Origin: Monodelphis domestica
Taxonomy: Eukaryota
Assembly: GCF_027887165.1 (NCBI RefSeq)
Contig: NC_077233.1
Location: 136,241,080 to 136,305,079 of the forward strand
Direction: 5' to 3'
Length of the DNA stretch: 64,000 nucleotides
Under the pieces are notes generated by a model that was not told the DNA's origin, ran no database searches, and saw only the letters and a list, made by a program, of their open reading frames with translations. Both the position numbers and the translations under genes were made by a program. Below are positions 13,001-24,099 of the stretch, piece after piece; the first letter of the stretch is position 1, and every line of letters starts with the position of its first letter.

Positions 13001-13593
13001 TGGTACAGTTCTTGGCATGTAGTAGCATCTTAATAAATGCTTCTTGACTGACAAATTCCTGGTTTGTCCCTGAGTCCTCAGTGACTTATCCTCCCCTCCA
13101 TCTCTCCCACATCAGATCTTGCATTAGACTCCAGTTCCGAGATCTAGCCCTTTCTTCACCTCGATCTCATTTCTAGCTCTGTTTTAATTCGTGATTTTCA
13201 CCTCCTTTCCTTTGGGGGGTGTTGGAGGGACCTCTCTTTCAATTCTCAGGCCCGTCAGGACTGGGTTTCAAGACCCTATTCCCTACTTTTACTCCCTCTT
13301 CCCCTTTTTCTCTTTGAGCATCTCTCCCCATCTCAATATCGCTGCCCTTGACCTTACCCCGTCCCACTCTGGAGAAAGAGGGAAGGGGAAGGGTGCTAGG
13401 ACGTCTGAAGAAGCTCGCACCGCGCCTCCTCTTGCGCCTGCGCCTCCCTCGCAGAACTGACCCCACCTCCACTCTCCCCATCCCCCATCCCGCCTCCCGG
13501 CCAGGAAACCTCAAAGGGATAACTTCTAGAGGCAAACCTCTACTGAGGCAGCGAAGACCTTCTTTTTACCTCAGCTGCCCCACGCGCACCTAC

Positions 13594-13630
13594 CTGTAGC
13601 AGCAGCCACAGCCGCAGCCGCTACCGCCAT
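13594..13630 (-). CDS. KIF22: KIF22 exon 1 coding part (ATG at 13630-13628)
   Basis: ATGGCGGTAGCGGCTGCGGCTGTGGCTGCTGCTACAG followed by donor GTAGGT. It encodes MAVAAAAVAAAT, and splicing to exon 2 gives ...[10 protein letters not shown], compared with human MAAASAAAISGAGRCRLSK. The start context is aagacATGG, and an in-frame TAA sits two codons upstream. It lies in a CpG island. Total in-window CDS is 1863 nt in frame. Confidence 0.7.
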
Positions 13631-13800
13631 GTCTTAGGCTTCCGCTCCGCCGTCTTCACTACCCCCCCCCCAGCCCAAAAACCAACTCCTCTTCCACTGG
13701 AGCTGGTTCCTCCCGGCGTTCGAATTCCCCGGCAGTCCCGCCTCCTCCGGTCCTTTTGACCAATGGCGAGCACCATACTAGTTGAGGCGCCGGAAGAGGT
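13631..13800 (-). promoter_or_regulatory. KIF22: Putative KIF22 core promoter / 5'UTR with inverted CCAAT (13760-13764), GC box (about 13737-13742) and CHR-like TTCGAA (13719-13724)
   Basis: On the gene strand the order is ATTGG - GGCGGG - TTCGAA - about 90 nt - ATG. This is the CCAAT plus CHR arrangement typical of G2/M-phase genes. No TATA box is present. The elements sit inside the CpG island. Confidence 0.45.
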
Positions 13801-14117
13801 AGGATCGTCTCCAGCTGCCTCCCTGCGGATCCCCATTTGTCCTGCCAGATGTCCTGGCTTTTAGGCCCTGATTTGCCTCTCCTTTCCCCAAATCTTCATC
13901 TCCAGGAGCGCCCGGACCCCTTAGGGCGGGACAGCCGCGGCCGTCCTGACTGTTTGCTTCTGGAAGCTGCGCCAACTTCGGCCCCTGCCTCTGCGCCCTT
14001 TGCCTGTACTTTATGGGCCATCTTGGGCGCCTCTCCAGCGGTCAAGTCGTCCCAGATGACTCCCTTATCTGTTTATCCCATCCCGACTTCTCTTCCGATC
14101 TCCACCTGGCGTGTAGA

Positions 14118-14136
14118 CCCCCCCCCCCCCCCCCCC
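14118..14136. repeat. Poly-C (C19), which is G19 on the KIF22 strand, inside the CpG island and immediately followed by palindromic CCAATTGG (14138-14145)
   Basis: Read directly from the sequence. Confidence 0.95.
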
Positions 14137-14825
14137 GCCAATTGGTTGTCCCTTGGACATCTCAATCGTAGCAAATTCAAAGCTGAATTCATTAGCCTTC
14201 CCATTCCCGCCCCTCCCCCTCTTCCAAACGCCCCTATTCTGTCGAAAGCACCAACATAAATCCTCCCAGTTCCTCCAAAACCTAGGGGTCCTCCTCGAAT
14301 CCTCACCCCCACCCCAAAGTCTCTTCTATCCTGCCATCACCCTGGAGCAGACCCTTCAGTATCTCATGCCTGGACTTTTATAATATCCTTGCTGGTTGTT
14401 CTCCCAGATTCAGGTCTCTTCCTATTCTTATTCATCCTTCAATCAGCAGTCAAAGCAATTTTCCTAAAGTGCAGGTCTCCCCTCCTCCCTTTTCAATCAA
14501 TTCCCATAGCTGCCTATAACTTCCAGGATCTAATAGAAAATGTTCTGTTGGCATTGCAAATGCCTTCAAAAGCTGCCTTCCTCCTACCTTTCCAATCTTC
14601 TCATACTTTTCTCTATCCCCCTTCCCTTCCATACATCAAAGATCAAGTGACGCTGGCCTTTTCTCTGTTCCTCCCACAAGACACTCCATCTCCTGACTCC
14701 AGGCATTTTTATTGGTTGTCTGTCCCATGCCAGGGATTCTCTATGTTGTCTCCACCTCCTGGCTTGCTTCAAGTCTCAGCTAAAGTCCCACTTTCTTTTC
14801 CTTTTTTTTTAAACCTTTACCTTAA

Positions 14826-14998
14826 GGTCTTAGAATCAATACTGGGTATTGGTTCTAAGGCAGAAGAGTGGTAAGTGCTAGGCAATGGGGGTTAAGTGAT
14901 TTGCCTAGGGTCACACAGCTGGGAAGTGTCTGAGGTCAAATTTGAACCCAGAACTTCCCATCTTTGGGCCTGACTCAATCCATTGAGCCACCCAGCTG
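14826..14998 (-). mobile_element. Marsupial tRNA-derived SINE inserted into an older MIR/Ther-type element (14300-15130)
   Basis: Reverse complement of the SINE consensus. The flanks carry the MIR-type hallmark cctggcttgcttcaagtctcagctaaagtcccac. Confidence 0.8.
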
Positions 14999-17379
14999 TC
15001 CCCTAAAGTTCCACCTTTCAACAAAAACCCTTTCTCCAAACTCCTTAATGCCACTGCCTTCCCTGTTAATTAAGTTGTTTCCCCAATTAGGCTGAAAACT
15101 CCTAAGGCAGGGATTGTGTTTTTGATTTCCTTCTTTCTTTGTTTCCTTCCTTCCCTTCTTTTCCCAACCTTTCCCTCCCCTCCCCTTCCTTTCCCTTCCT
15201 TTATCTTTTTTTCTCACTTATTTTTTTTGAGACTGTATCTCCCTACCTTAGCCAAGCTTGGGTCTTCCTGACTTCAGGCTCTGACTCCAGAATCCACTGC
15301 CCATTCTATTTCTGTCAAATCCTGGGTAAAGTTGTGGTTTTAGGCCACTGTGGTCAATAAATAGTTTGAGTTATCCAGGACACATAATAAGCCCCAGATG
15401 AAGAGACGACTCTATTCTAAAGCAGTGCCTGGGACAGGGCACTGTCATACCATGAGGAGGGCACAACTGTATCTCCACAACATTTACTCAGTAACATCAA
15501 GGATGCTGAGAATGTTAAGTTCAGAGGGATCTAAATTTACCTCATGGAGCTGAGGATATTAGTCCTAGGAAGAAACCAATAATGACTTATCATAGTTCAT
15601 AGGGACATCAATAAGATGCTTCTGAGCTTAGATTTCCTGAGCTATTGATGGCTTTTCAAGAGCCACCACTCCAAAGTATTTAGTGTCACCAGCAGCAGCA
15701 CTGTCTTGTCTAGCAGGAAGGTTCTACTCCCAAATATTCACTGAACTATCTTGTTGAAGCAAGTGTGAAACCAAGGGTTTTCTCTTTTCAGGTTAAGTGC
15801 CTAGGGCCTTTAATAAAGGTCACAAAGCAAGTTAGGGTCAGAGTCACAATTGGAACTCACTTCTTATGAATCCCAGGCCAGTGTTTTTTTTTTCATTATA
15901 CCATACTTTCCTTGTTATTAGAAATTTAATGTTTAATTCATATATTAATTTTAAGGCTTACAAAATTATTTCCTCAAAATCCTGTGAGGCAAGTTGTATA
16001 AATATCAGTTTCCAGCTCTTTCTAACATGTATATTATAAATATGTAAAAAAAATCCCAGTTTTTCTCCTGCACTTAGGTAGGTTAGCTACCCTAAGAGGC
16101 TGCAATAGCCTCATTGGCCACTAGATGGATCGCAGCCTTCAAATCTTGGGCTGCTCTATCTTTGCCATCCCTCCTTACCCCAAGGAAGCTCAGGCTTTAG
16201 CAGTGCTCTGGTTTTGTTTAGCAGTTTGAACTAATTCCTCATTGGCTGATCCCAAATTACTCTAGGGAATGAAATAGAAAGTTGCTCTAAATATTAAAAT
16301 ATGAAATCTGTCATTTATACCTAGCTCATAATCTTCTACCCTATCTGGGTTCCCAACTGCTGCTTCTACAGATTTAAAGATGTGATCTCATAGTTTATTG
16401 TTCATCATAGAGTAAACTGAAAAAGAGCTAGATTACATATTCCTGAATGGCAGCATTCTTTTCCATATAGTTCCCAAATTGTCTCCCAATTGGCTTTTGA
16501 GAACTTTGGATATGAAAGGGAGAAATCCTGACCACACCAGCCTGTGGCTGATGAGAAAGGGATAAAGAAAAAGGGAATCTGCTTCTTGGCTCAGCTATGG
16601 TAGTCTGGAGATCAAGGGAAATCAATGAAGACAGTGAAGGAAGTCAGCTTCCTCTCTTACCAGCCCAATGGGATTCATAATAGTTGATAGATTCTGCTCC
16701 TCTTGATCTTTTCTGTAATGGTTCTCAGCCCTTATTTCAGCTCCTAATCAGGAGCTTTTTCAGATGTGCTGGCCTCTAGTCACCTTAGTTTCTTGGCACT
16801 GTGTCTTGGTGGCTAGTGCTAATTTCAGTCTCTGTGCATTTGCCTGTTCCTCTCTCATTCAAATAAACCTGCAGTGGTAAGGTGGATGGAAGGTAGGCAG
16901 GCAGAGAATTGTAGAAACAACAGTATATTATAGTGCTGTTCCTTCTTCCCCATCCACTCATGACTTTCTGCTCCAGATCATATCCAGTGCAGAACAGTTT
17001 ACCATATCTTCTGTGGCAGTCTTAATTCTCATAGTGTAGTATTTTCACAAATTCTGTTTTGCCTCTCTCCCTATTCCTGGACTGCACAGTCACCGCAGAG
17101 AAGAGAAACATTATGCATAAACATTGGAGACATAGAAGTTAAATGTGCTCACTTGAAGCTTTATTATATATTTGGTCAAAGAGAATAGTCCCTAATAGTG
17201 GACTTTTCCAACTTACAATGTGAAAGCATCTGGAGCCACAGTGGAGTATCAAGAATTCTTACAGAAATAATGTTTTCCTATATTTTCCAAGAGGGATGTC
17301 CAGGGATAATGTTCTTGAACCTCAACTTTTTAGGCAGTGTGGTACTTTAACCTAGCTTTCTAGTCAATGAGGGAGATTG

Positions 17380-17950
17380 CTTTCTTCTTTTTTTAATAGT
17401 ACCTTTTAGTGTAATTTCCTTCCTTATCTCTTAATCAGATCAATTTTTACTTTAGCTTTGTCAGGTACCATGATTGCTACTCCTGCTTTTTAAACTTTAG
17501 ATGATGCATAATAAATTCTGTTCCAACCTTTTTAACTTTAATCTGTTTGTGTCACCCTGCCTCAAATGTGTTTCTTGTAAACAACATTAAGTAGGATTCT
17601 GGTTTTTAATCCACTCTGCTATCCACTTCCATTTTATGGGTGAGTTTATCCATTCACATTCAGTTATGATTACTGTGTATTGGCCTCCATCTTATTTTCT
17701 CCTTTAGATCCTGCTCTATTACCTTTCACTCTGTTCCTCTTTACCAGTATTTTGATTTTTATCACCCCTCCACTTCCCCCTCCCTCCAATTCCCTCCCCC
17801 TTCCCTTGTCTTATTTCCCTTCTATTTCTCTGTAAGGCAAAATATAATTCTATACTCCAATGAGTATACTTCCTTTTCCCTCTCTGAACCAGTTTTGATG
17901 AGAGTAAAGTTTAAGTGTTGCCTGTCACCACCCTTATCCTCCCCTCTCTA
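17380..17950 (-). mobile_element. L1 fragment (ORF2 5' region)
   Basis: It shares tttgtcag(g/a)taccatgattgc...ccactc..tatgggtgagtt..tcc attcacattcag with the 25100-25450 segment of the main L1. Confidence 0.55.
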
Positions 17951-18050
17951 TAATGAATTTTCACACATCTTTATGTTATATAATTTATCACATTCTATCT
18001 TGATGAGGGAGATTTCTTGAGTATGACCAGTCTTAGAAGTTGCCTCTAGA

Positions 18051-18242
18051 GGGGGCTGCTCGGTAGCTCAGTAGCTCAGTGGATTGAGAGCCAGGCCTAG
18101 AGACAGGAGGTCCTGGGTTCAAATTTGACCTCAGATACTTCCCAGCTGTGTGACCCTGGGCAAGTCACTTGACCCCCCATTGCCTAGCCCATACCACTCT
18201 TCTGCCTTGGAGCCAACGGAAGGTAAAGGTTAAAAAAAAAAA
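18051..18242 (+). mobile_element. Marsupial tRNA-derived SINE with poly-A tail
   Basis: gggggctgctcggtagctcagt..ggattgagagccaggcctagagacaggaggtcctgggttcaaatttgacctcagatacttcccagctgtgtgaccctgggcaagtcacttgacc...aaaaaaaaaaa. Confidence 0.88.
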
Positions 18243-18399
18243 GTTGCCTCTAGATTATTCCCAGATTCAAATATTGGAAATCAGGCCTTTTAGAATGAAA
18301 AAAAAAAAAAAGAATTCCTGGAAAGGGATCCTTTTGGAGAAAGAACAGGAAAAGTTTATTTTTCTTTAAGAAATATTATGAAGATTTTATTTTACCAAT

Positions 18400-19020
18400 T
18401 ATTTGTAATAACAAATTTCCACATAAATTTTCCAAAGTTACATATTCTAAATTGCTTCCCTCCCTCCCTTCTCCCTTCTTGGAGCTGGCAAGCAATGTGA
18501 TCTGGGTTATGTATGTATTATCAGGCAAAAGATATTACCATATCATTCATTTTTGTAAGTGAATAACCATATAAAACCAAAACCCCCAAATAAAAATCCA
18601 AATAAACTAAAGTGAAAAATTTTATGCTTTGATCTGCATTCTGACTCCAATAGTTCTTTCACTGGAGGTAGATAGCATTCTTTATCAAAAGTCCCTCAGA
18701 ATTGTCCTGGGATCTTTGTATTGCTAATAGTAGCTAAGTTTATTACAGTTGATCATTCTGCAATATTGTTGTTACTGTGTACAATGTTTTCCTGGTTCTG
18801 CTTTTTTTACTTCAGCTCTTCCTAAAATCATCCTGTTCATTTCTTACAGCACAATAATATTCCATCACCAACATAAACCACAATTTATTTAGCTATTCCT
18901 CAGTTGATGGAGCTCCCTTCAATTTCCAATTTTTTGCCACCACAAAAAGAGCAGCCATAAATGTTTTTGTAAAAGTAGATCCTTTCCCCTTTTTGTTTTA
19001 TGTTTAAATAGTGAGTTTTT
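18400..19020 (-). mobile_element. L1 3'-end fragment (ORF2 C-terminus plus 3'UTR)
   Basis: It belongs to the same family as 33470-34065. The segment includes tattccatcaccaacataaaccacaatttatttagc and ttttgccaccacaaaaagagcagccataaatgttttt. Confidence 0.6.
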
Positions 19021-20471
19021 TGGATATTTTAGGGCTGGTGAGAAGGGGATTCTCTGCCTAGAAATCCCAGTGTGTTTGCCTTCCAGGAAGACTACAAATC
19101 ATAGGATGGCACTTTATGTCTGGAAGGGACTGCTTAGCACTCTGGGATTTTGGGGTGGTCTGATGGTGGCAAGTTAATTTTCCTTTGGATGTGCTTATAT
19201 GCTACTGTGAATACTTTCTGTGTTTTTTATATCTGCTTATGAGCTCCTCTTGTATTTTCTGTGGGATAAAATATTTCCCTGTACCAGATATGCATTTGTT
19301 ACCTTGTTACCTTTAAAATCTGGGGATTCTGTTATCTGCATCTGTAGAAACCTAGACATAGAATATTTAAGCTACATATGGTGATTCAGGAAAAGTCTTG
19401 TTAGGGGCATATGAAACAAAAGAGGAAACTACTTTTAAGGGCCATACCCTGAGATTAGATGTGGTATTTGTGAGCCTAGAATTTGGAGAACCTTGAACCA
19501 TGAAGTATAAAATTATCCTAAGTCATCCTTCTCTTCTTGGGCCACAGGTTATTCTCAGGGGTAACATCCTTATTTTGGTTACCCTAAATCCTTCTCTTCT
19601 TGAGTCAGCATGACTGAATTCTGGAGTGGGAGAATTTCAGGATCAGTGCCCTAGTTCTGGGAAGAATAATCACAGACACATAAAATGCTAGACACTATAA
19701 GGAACCTTAGGGATCATGTAGTTTAATTTTCCCAACTTACATATGAGGAAATTGAGGTTCAGTGTGAGGAGGTGCCTTACCCAAAATCACAAATTTAATA
19801 TCAAAACTGGTAGTAGAACCTTTGTTTCCTGATTTACAATTTGGTGCTCTTTCTATTAAGTTACACTCTTGCCAAGATTCAGGATTCAGAACATTCAGGA
19901 TTCAGACAGAGAGGAGAGGATAACTTTAGAAGACTATCAGGGAAGTCCCTTGGACTTGTGGTGGAAATTAGAGGCTGTTGTAGGTAACTTCAGTTGTGGA
20001 CTAAAAAATCCCAATATGAGGTGATAATTTATCGAATGCTACATGGTTTACGAAGAATTACAATACAGTAATTCATTCAAGACTTATCACAACTTTCTGA
20101 GATATTACAATGGGAAGTATTATTTTCATTCTTCAGATGAGAAAAATAAAATTTAGGTTTAGGTGACTTGCTCATGGTCACACAGATAAGTAAATGTTAG
20201 AGATGGGATTTGAATCCCTATTATTTTACTCTGTCCTTCTCAATGATGATTAAATTAATAAAACCTGTCAGAATGAGGAGGAGTATAGTAAAGAGGCGAG
20301 CTGGGGAGCCAGATTCTTGGAGAGGACCCCCAGAAGACACCTTGTCTACACCAACTCTAAAAATTCATGTTTGAGAAATACTTCCTTGAGAAATACTTCC
20401 ATCTCTGTGTTCTGGGGGAAAAGGTGGGCCTTGCTAGGTCCTTATATCTCTTTATTGTTCTTGTGGTGGTT

Positions 20472-20669
20472 GTTGTTAAAAACCCTTACCTTCTGTGTTG
20501 GAATCAGTACTGTGTATTGGTTCCAAGGCAGAAAAGCAATGACTAGACAATAGGGGTTAAGTGACTTGCCCAGGGTCACCCAGCTAGGAAGTGTCTGAGT
20601 TCAAATTTGAACCCAGGGCAATCCATTTCTAGACCTGGCTCTCAGTCCACTGGGCCACCTAGCTGCCCC
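20472..20669 (-). mobile_element. Marsupial tRNA-derived SINE
   Basis: Reverse-complement consensus (…gggtcacccagctaggaagtgtctgagttcaaatttgaacccagg…cactgggccacctagctgcccc). Confidence 0.85.
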
Positions 20670-21100
20670 TATATTTCCTCTTCATAAAGTGTCCTTTATA
20701 TTATCTCATTTGAGCCCAACCATAACCCTTTGAGATTAAGGTAGATATTGTTCTTTGCCACCACAAAGAGAGATGCTATAAATATTTTAGAACATATAGG
20801 TTCTTTTCCTTTTTCCTTGATCATCTTAGGAAAAAAAACACCTAATAGTGGTATTGCTGGTTCAAAGGGTATACACAGTTTAATAATTCTTTGGGCATAA
20901 TTCCAGATTGCTCATTTTGTAGGTGAGCAAACAGTTTCAGAGACTAAAACTGTTTAAGACACAAGTATCCTTTGGTACGATGCCAAACAAAATTACAGCA
21001 CTTTGAGATTCACATATACAAATTTAGGCGCACATGTAGGCTCTAAATTAGAGACACACAACAGCAGCACACTTCCACAAACTGACTTAAGCAACATCTT

Positions 21101-21106
21101 TTTATT
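21101..21106 (-). other. ZG16: ZG16 polyadenylation signal AATAAA
   Basis: Plus-strand TTTATT lies about 70 nt downstream of the stop codon on the gene strand. Confidence 0.55.
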
Positions 21107-21174
21107 CAATCACTTTAGTAGTTCCTGAGGGAACAAGAACTTTTCCAAGGAGAGGGCCTGCTGTGTCTGGATGG

Positions 21175-21490
21175 TTAGCAGCTGCTGCATTCACTGGGGT
21201 AAACATCCCAGTGAAGGCCAATAGCATTGATGAGGGAACCAGAGCGGCCGCTGATGAATCGAAGAACGGTGTTGGGATACAGTGGGGCAGCATTGAAGCT
21301 GGTGCCTGTATCTTTGCCAAAAGGCAGGTATCGGCCCTTGTCTGTCACAAAGACCAACTTCCGAAGGTAGTATTTATATTTGCCAGATACTTGGATGATT
21401 GACTCTCCGGGGTACAGAAAAATCTCCTCCAGGTCACCCTGGGAACCCCCAACATAGTTGCTCCATTCTTTGCCATATCGAACCTGAAGT
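21175..21490 (-). CDS. ZG16: ZG16 last coding exon (jacalin-like lectin domain, stop at 21175-21177)
   Basis: Acceptor tcctccctag| and phase 2. The peptide is (G)LQVRYGKEWSNYVGGSQGDLEEIFLYPGESIIQVSGKYKYYLRKLVFVTDKGRYLPFGKDTGTSFNAAPLYPNTVLRFISGRSGSLINAIGLHWDVYPSECSSC*, compared with human LQVRYGKVWSDYVGGRNGDLEEIFLHPGESVIQVSGKYKWYLKKLVFVTDKGRYLSFGKDSGTSFNAVPLHPNTVLRFISGRSGSLIDAIGLHWDVYP. Confidence 0.9.
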
Positions 21491-21950
21491 CTAGGGAGGA
21501 AGGAGGGAGAAGGAAGGAAAAATGGAGACAGATATTAAGCGTCTTACTAGCAAGAAACACAGAATAATGTAATAGATAAGAAAACTCCCTCCCTCTCTTT
21601 CAAAACTAGATATCATAGGGAATAGTGACAGTGTAGGTGGTATAGCAAAAGAGATTTCTAGAGATTCATAGGAGGTAAACATAGAAACCAGTAACAAATA
21701 TCTACCCATAAATATTCAAAATATCAGTAATAAGCAAAGTGAACTAGTGATCCTAAGTGAGAAGTTTGACTCCTAAATATGCATGAGACTTGGTAGGATA
21801 AGATTCATGATTGGAATATATCCATGGGAGGATATGCCTTATTCAAAAGCAACAGGATAGGTAAATGAAGGGATGATAGAGAAGTAAGTGAGGAAATCAA
21901 GAACAAGAAAATGACTAATAGTGAGGGCCAGCCCTGTTCAGAATTCTCAC

Positions 21951-22083
21951 CCCACAATGTAGTATCTGTTGACTCGGATTCGAATGGCAGTGATGGGGCC
22001 ATCTAGCTGGTTGCCCGAGTGAGAGAAGCGCTCTCCTCCCCCTCCTCCATACTCTCCATTGTAGGAGGATGCCCGTGGCTGGA
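21951..22083 (-). CDS. ZG16: ZG16 coding exon 2
   Basis: Acceptor ttatctctag| and donor gg|GTGAGA. The peptide is (V)QPRASSYNGEYGGGGGERFSHSGNQLDGPITAIRIRVNRYYIV(G), compared with human IQARSSSYSGEYGSGGGKRFSHSGNQLDGPITALRVRVNTYYIVG. Confidence 0.9.
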
Positions 22084-22268
22084 CTAGAGATAAAATAATT
22101 GGTAAGGATGAGGGTAAAGAAGGCTGCAGTCCTACCAAGACTCAGTCATCATCTTCTGGAGTCTTCCCATGGACCTGCATCCTTTTCAGACCCAACCTTG
22201 AATTTCCACTCCATATGCCTCTTAAATCCCAGGTGCCCTCTCTGGACCTAGGGACCCCTATATCTATA

Positions 22269-22317
22269 GGTCACTTACCGGACTCAGCTGACACACAAAG
22301 TAAGGCGAGGAGAGCCA
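22269..22317 (-). CDS. ZG16: ZG16 coding exon 1 (signal peptide, ATG at 22317-22315)
   Basis: ATGTTGGCATTGGCTCTCCTCGCCTTACTTTGTGTGTCAGCTGAGTCCG followed by donor GTAAGT. It encodes MLALALLALLCVSAES, a hydrophobic signal peptide (human MLTVALLALLCASASGNA). Phase 1 joins exon 2. The three exons total 498 nt including the stop. Confidence 0.8.
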
Positions 22318-22332
22318 ATGCCAACATCCTGG

Positions 22333-22356
22333 AAGCCAAGAGAAGGAAGGAAGGAA
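22333..22356. repeat. (GGAA)n, i.e. (TTCC)6 on the ZG16 coding strand in the 5' leader 16-40 nt upstream of the ATG
   Basis: aaggaaggaaggaaggaaggaaa. Confidence 0.9.
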
Positions 22357-22466
22357 GGAAGGAAATGAAATGGGTTCACCCTATCTGTTCCTGAATCAAC
22401 CCCAGTCATTTTATTTGCCTAACTCAGTCCCAGACTTTCTATCCACCTACCTCAGACCCTGACATC

Positions 22467-22472
22467 CTTATA
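22467..22472 (-). promoter_or_regulatory. ZG16: TATA-like element (GGTATAAGG) about 150 nt upstream of the ZG16 ATG
   Basis: Sequence motif only. Its position suits a TATA-driven tissue-specific promoter, and the TSS cannot be determined. Confidence 0.3.
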
Positions 22473-24099
22473 CCCTGATCTAGACCAAGGCATCTTGATC
22501 ACTTAACTCAGATCCTGGCAGTTTGCCTTCCTAATTCTGTCATCCTCAAATCCCTAACTTGTAGCCCTAACAAATCTACAGGGATTACCCATTCTCCTAA
22601 TTTAGGACTGGGTATCCTATACCCCCTTACCTGGCAGGTCCTGGTATAGTGTGACCTTAAGGAAAAGCCAAGTCCTTTTATCTCAGACACAGACCTTCCC
22701 CTGTTTCTTATCATGTGAATTTCACCTCCTGTACAAATACTATAAAGCCATTAGGGTCAGGTGTGGTATAGACAGCTGGATATCTCACGCTGGGCTCCTC
22801 CCTCTTGGGTCTCTCCCAGGGCTATAGCTAACAGACTGGGATGCCTGAACCAGGGTCCCAGATGGAAAGGAGCCAAGACGGTGGGGTGGACAAGTCTTAG
22901 GCAGCAGAGGGAGGCCCAAGGAGAAATAGAAGTGGCAGCCTTAATGATATAACCCTGAATATACTAGGAAAGGTCACTCTTGTCTAAAATGATCTCCCTT
23001 ATCCTTCTTCTCATATAACCTGAAATTCTACCATTAGTGATTTCTTCCTTTACATTAACCACTTTTTTCTTTAGGCCTTTAAAAGGTAAATTACCCACAG
23101 GCACAGAAGATATTCAGGGTCTCTCTCTTAAAAGAGAATGAGTTGATCAGGGACCCATGACAGCAAGAGGTCAAGGGTAGCTGGGGAGAGGACTGACAAA
23201 AGAGAAAAGAGGAGAGAAAGGGGGAGGTGTACTCAGGACCAATTAATTTACTTCCCTTCCATTTTGCTTACTAGCTTTGGGGACAGATACAGTCTAACCA
23301 AAGAGAGAATGTAGCCTCGATCCCCACAGAGAGAATGCTTTACCCAGAACTTGACCTGATAAAATCAATTCAGATTTTTATTATCCTGTAAAGGCACAAT
23401 CTCCCTGTGAGATAGCTAGTATAAGTACTAACCCCTTTTTGCAGATAAAGAAATAGAGGCTCAGAAAATTGGATTTACTTGCTCAAGATCCTACAACTTA
23501 TCAGCTTTAGAGATAGGAGTTGATTCCAGGTCACCTAATTCCAAATCTATTTCTCTTTTCACTATACCTCTGGCTTATGGGTTATTGTAGGTAGGCTCAA
23601 GGATGATTCAGACCTCCAGGACAACAGAAATCAATTTCCCTTCGACCCATTATTCTGGGGGCCAAAGCAAGATCTTTTCTCCCTTTCTTCAGACTGACAT
23701 CTTCCATTAACCCACCAAGAACTAAAATCCCTTGGGATTCAGCCACCATTCCTCAGTCCTTACAACCTCAGAGGAAATGAGGAAAAGTCACCTGGGTTAA
23801 TATTGCCAGAGCTGGAGCCACTATCATGGAGCAAGCCTGGAGGGAGCTTGAGAGGAATTAATGGAAATGGAAAGAAACTAGAATTATCAATCAACAAACA
23901 TCTATAAAGTGTTAACTATTTCTTAAATGTGATTTTTTAAAAAAACTCCATTTCATTAGGGATTAGTAGAAGGGGCTAGAAAGACAACCTCACATTTTAT
24001 CCCTTTTTGCTGCTGTTCCTCAACAAGCTACCCCTTCTCTACCTCACCCCTAGTTCCCTACACCCCTTGCCTAGGCTGGCCATGCTGACCATCTGGAGC

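Larger units (their letters stand above)
13370..14130. promoter_or_regulatory. CpG island around KIF22 exon 1
   Basis: Dense CpG and high GC (cgcaccgcgcctcctcttgcgcctgcgcc, ccgcggccgtcc, etc.), in contrast to the AT-rich, CpG-depleted flanks. Confidence 0.75.

Noticed and set aside
13191-14312. Cluster of overlapping ORFs on both strands in the CpG island (for example 13837-14259 +, 140 aa; 13239-13535 -, 98 aa; 14073-14312 -)
   Set aside because: These are GC-rich and Pro/Arg/Gly-rich low-complexity translations. They overlap each other in different frames and lack recognisable domains. This is the typical open-frame artefact of CpG islands. The only supported coding segment here is KIF22 exon 1.
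14389-14874. 161-aa plus-strand ORF
   Set aside because: It lies entirely within a MIR/Ther-type SINE (hallmark cctggcttgcttcaagtctcagctaaagtcccac) and runs into a tRNA-SINE insertion. The product is Leu/Pro/Ser/Phe-rich, as repeat translations are.
22440-22460. Donor-like ctgag|GTAGGT upstream of ZG16 as the end of a non-coding first exon
   Set aside because: It lies only about 15 nt downstream of the TATA-like motif, before any plausible TSS, so it cannot be used with that promoter. The upstream-exon question is left open in the findings.
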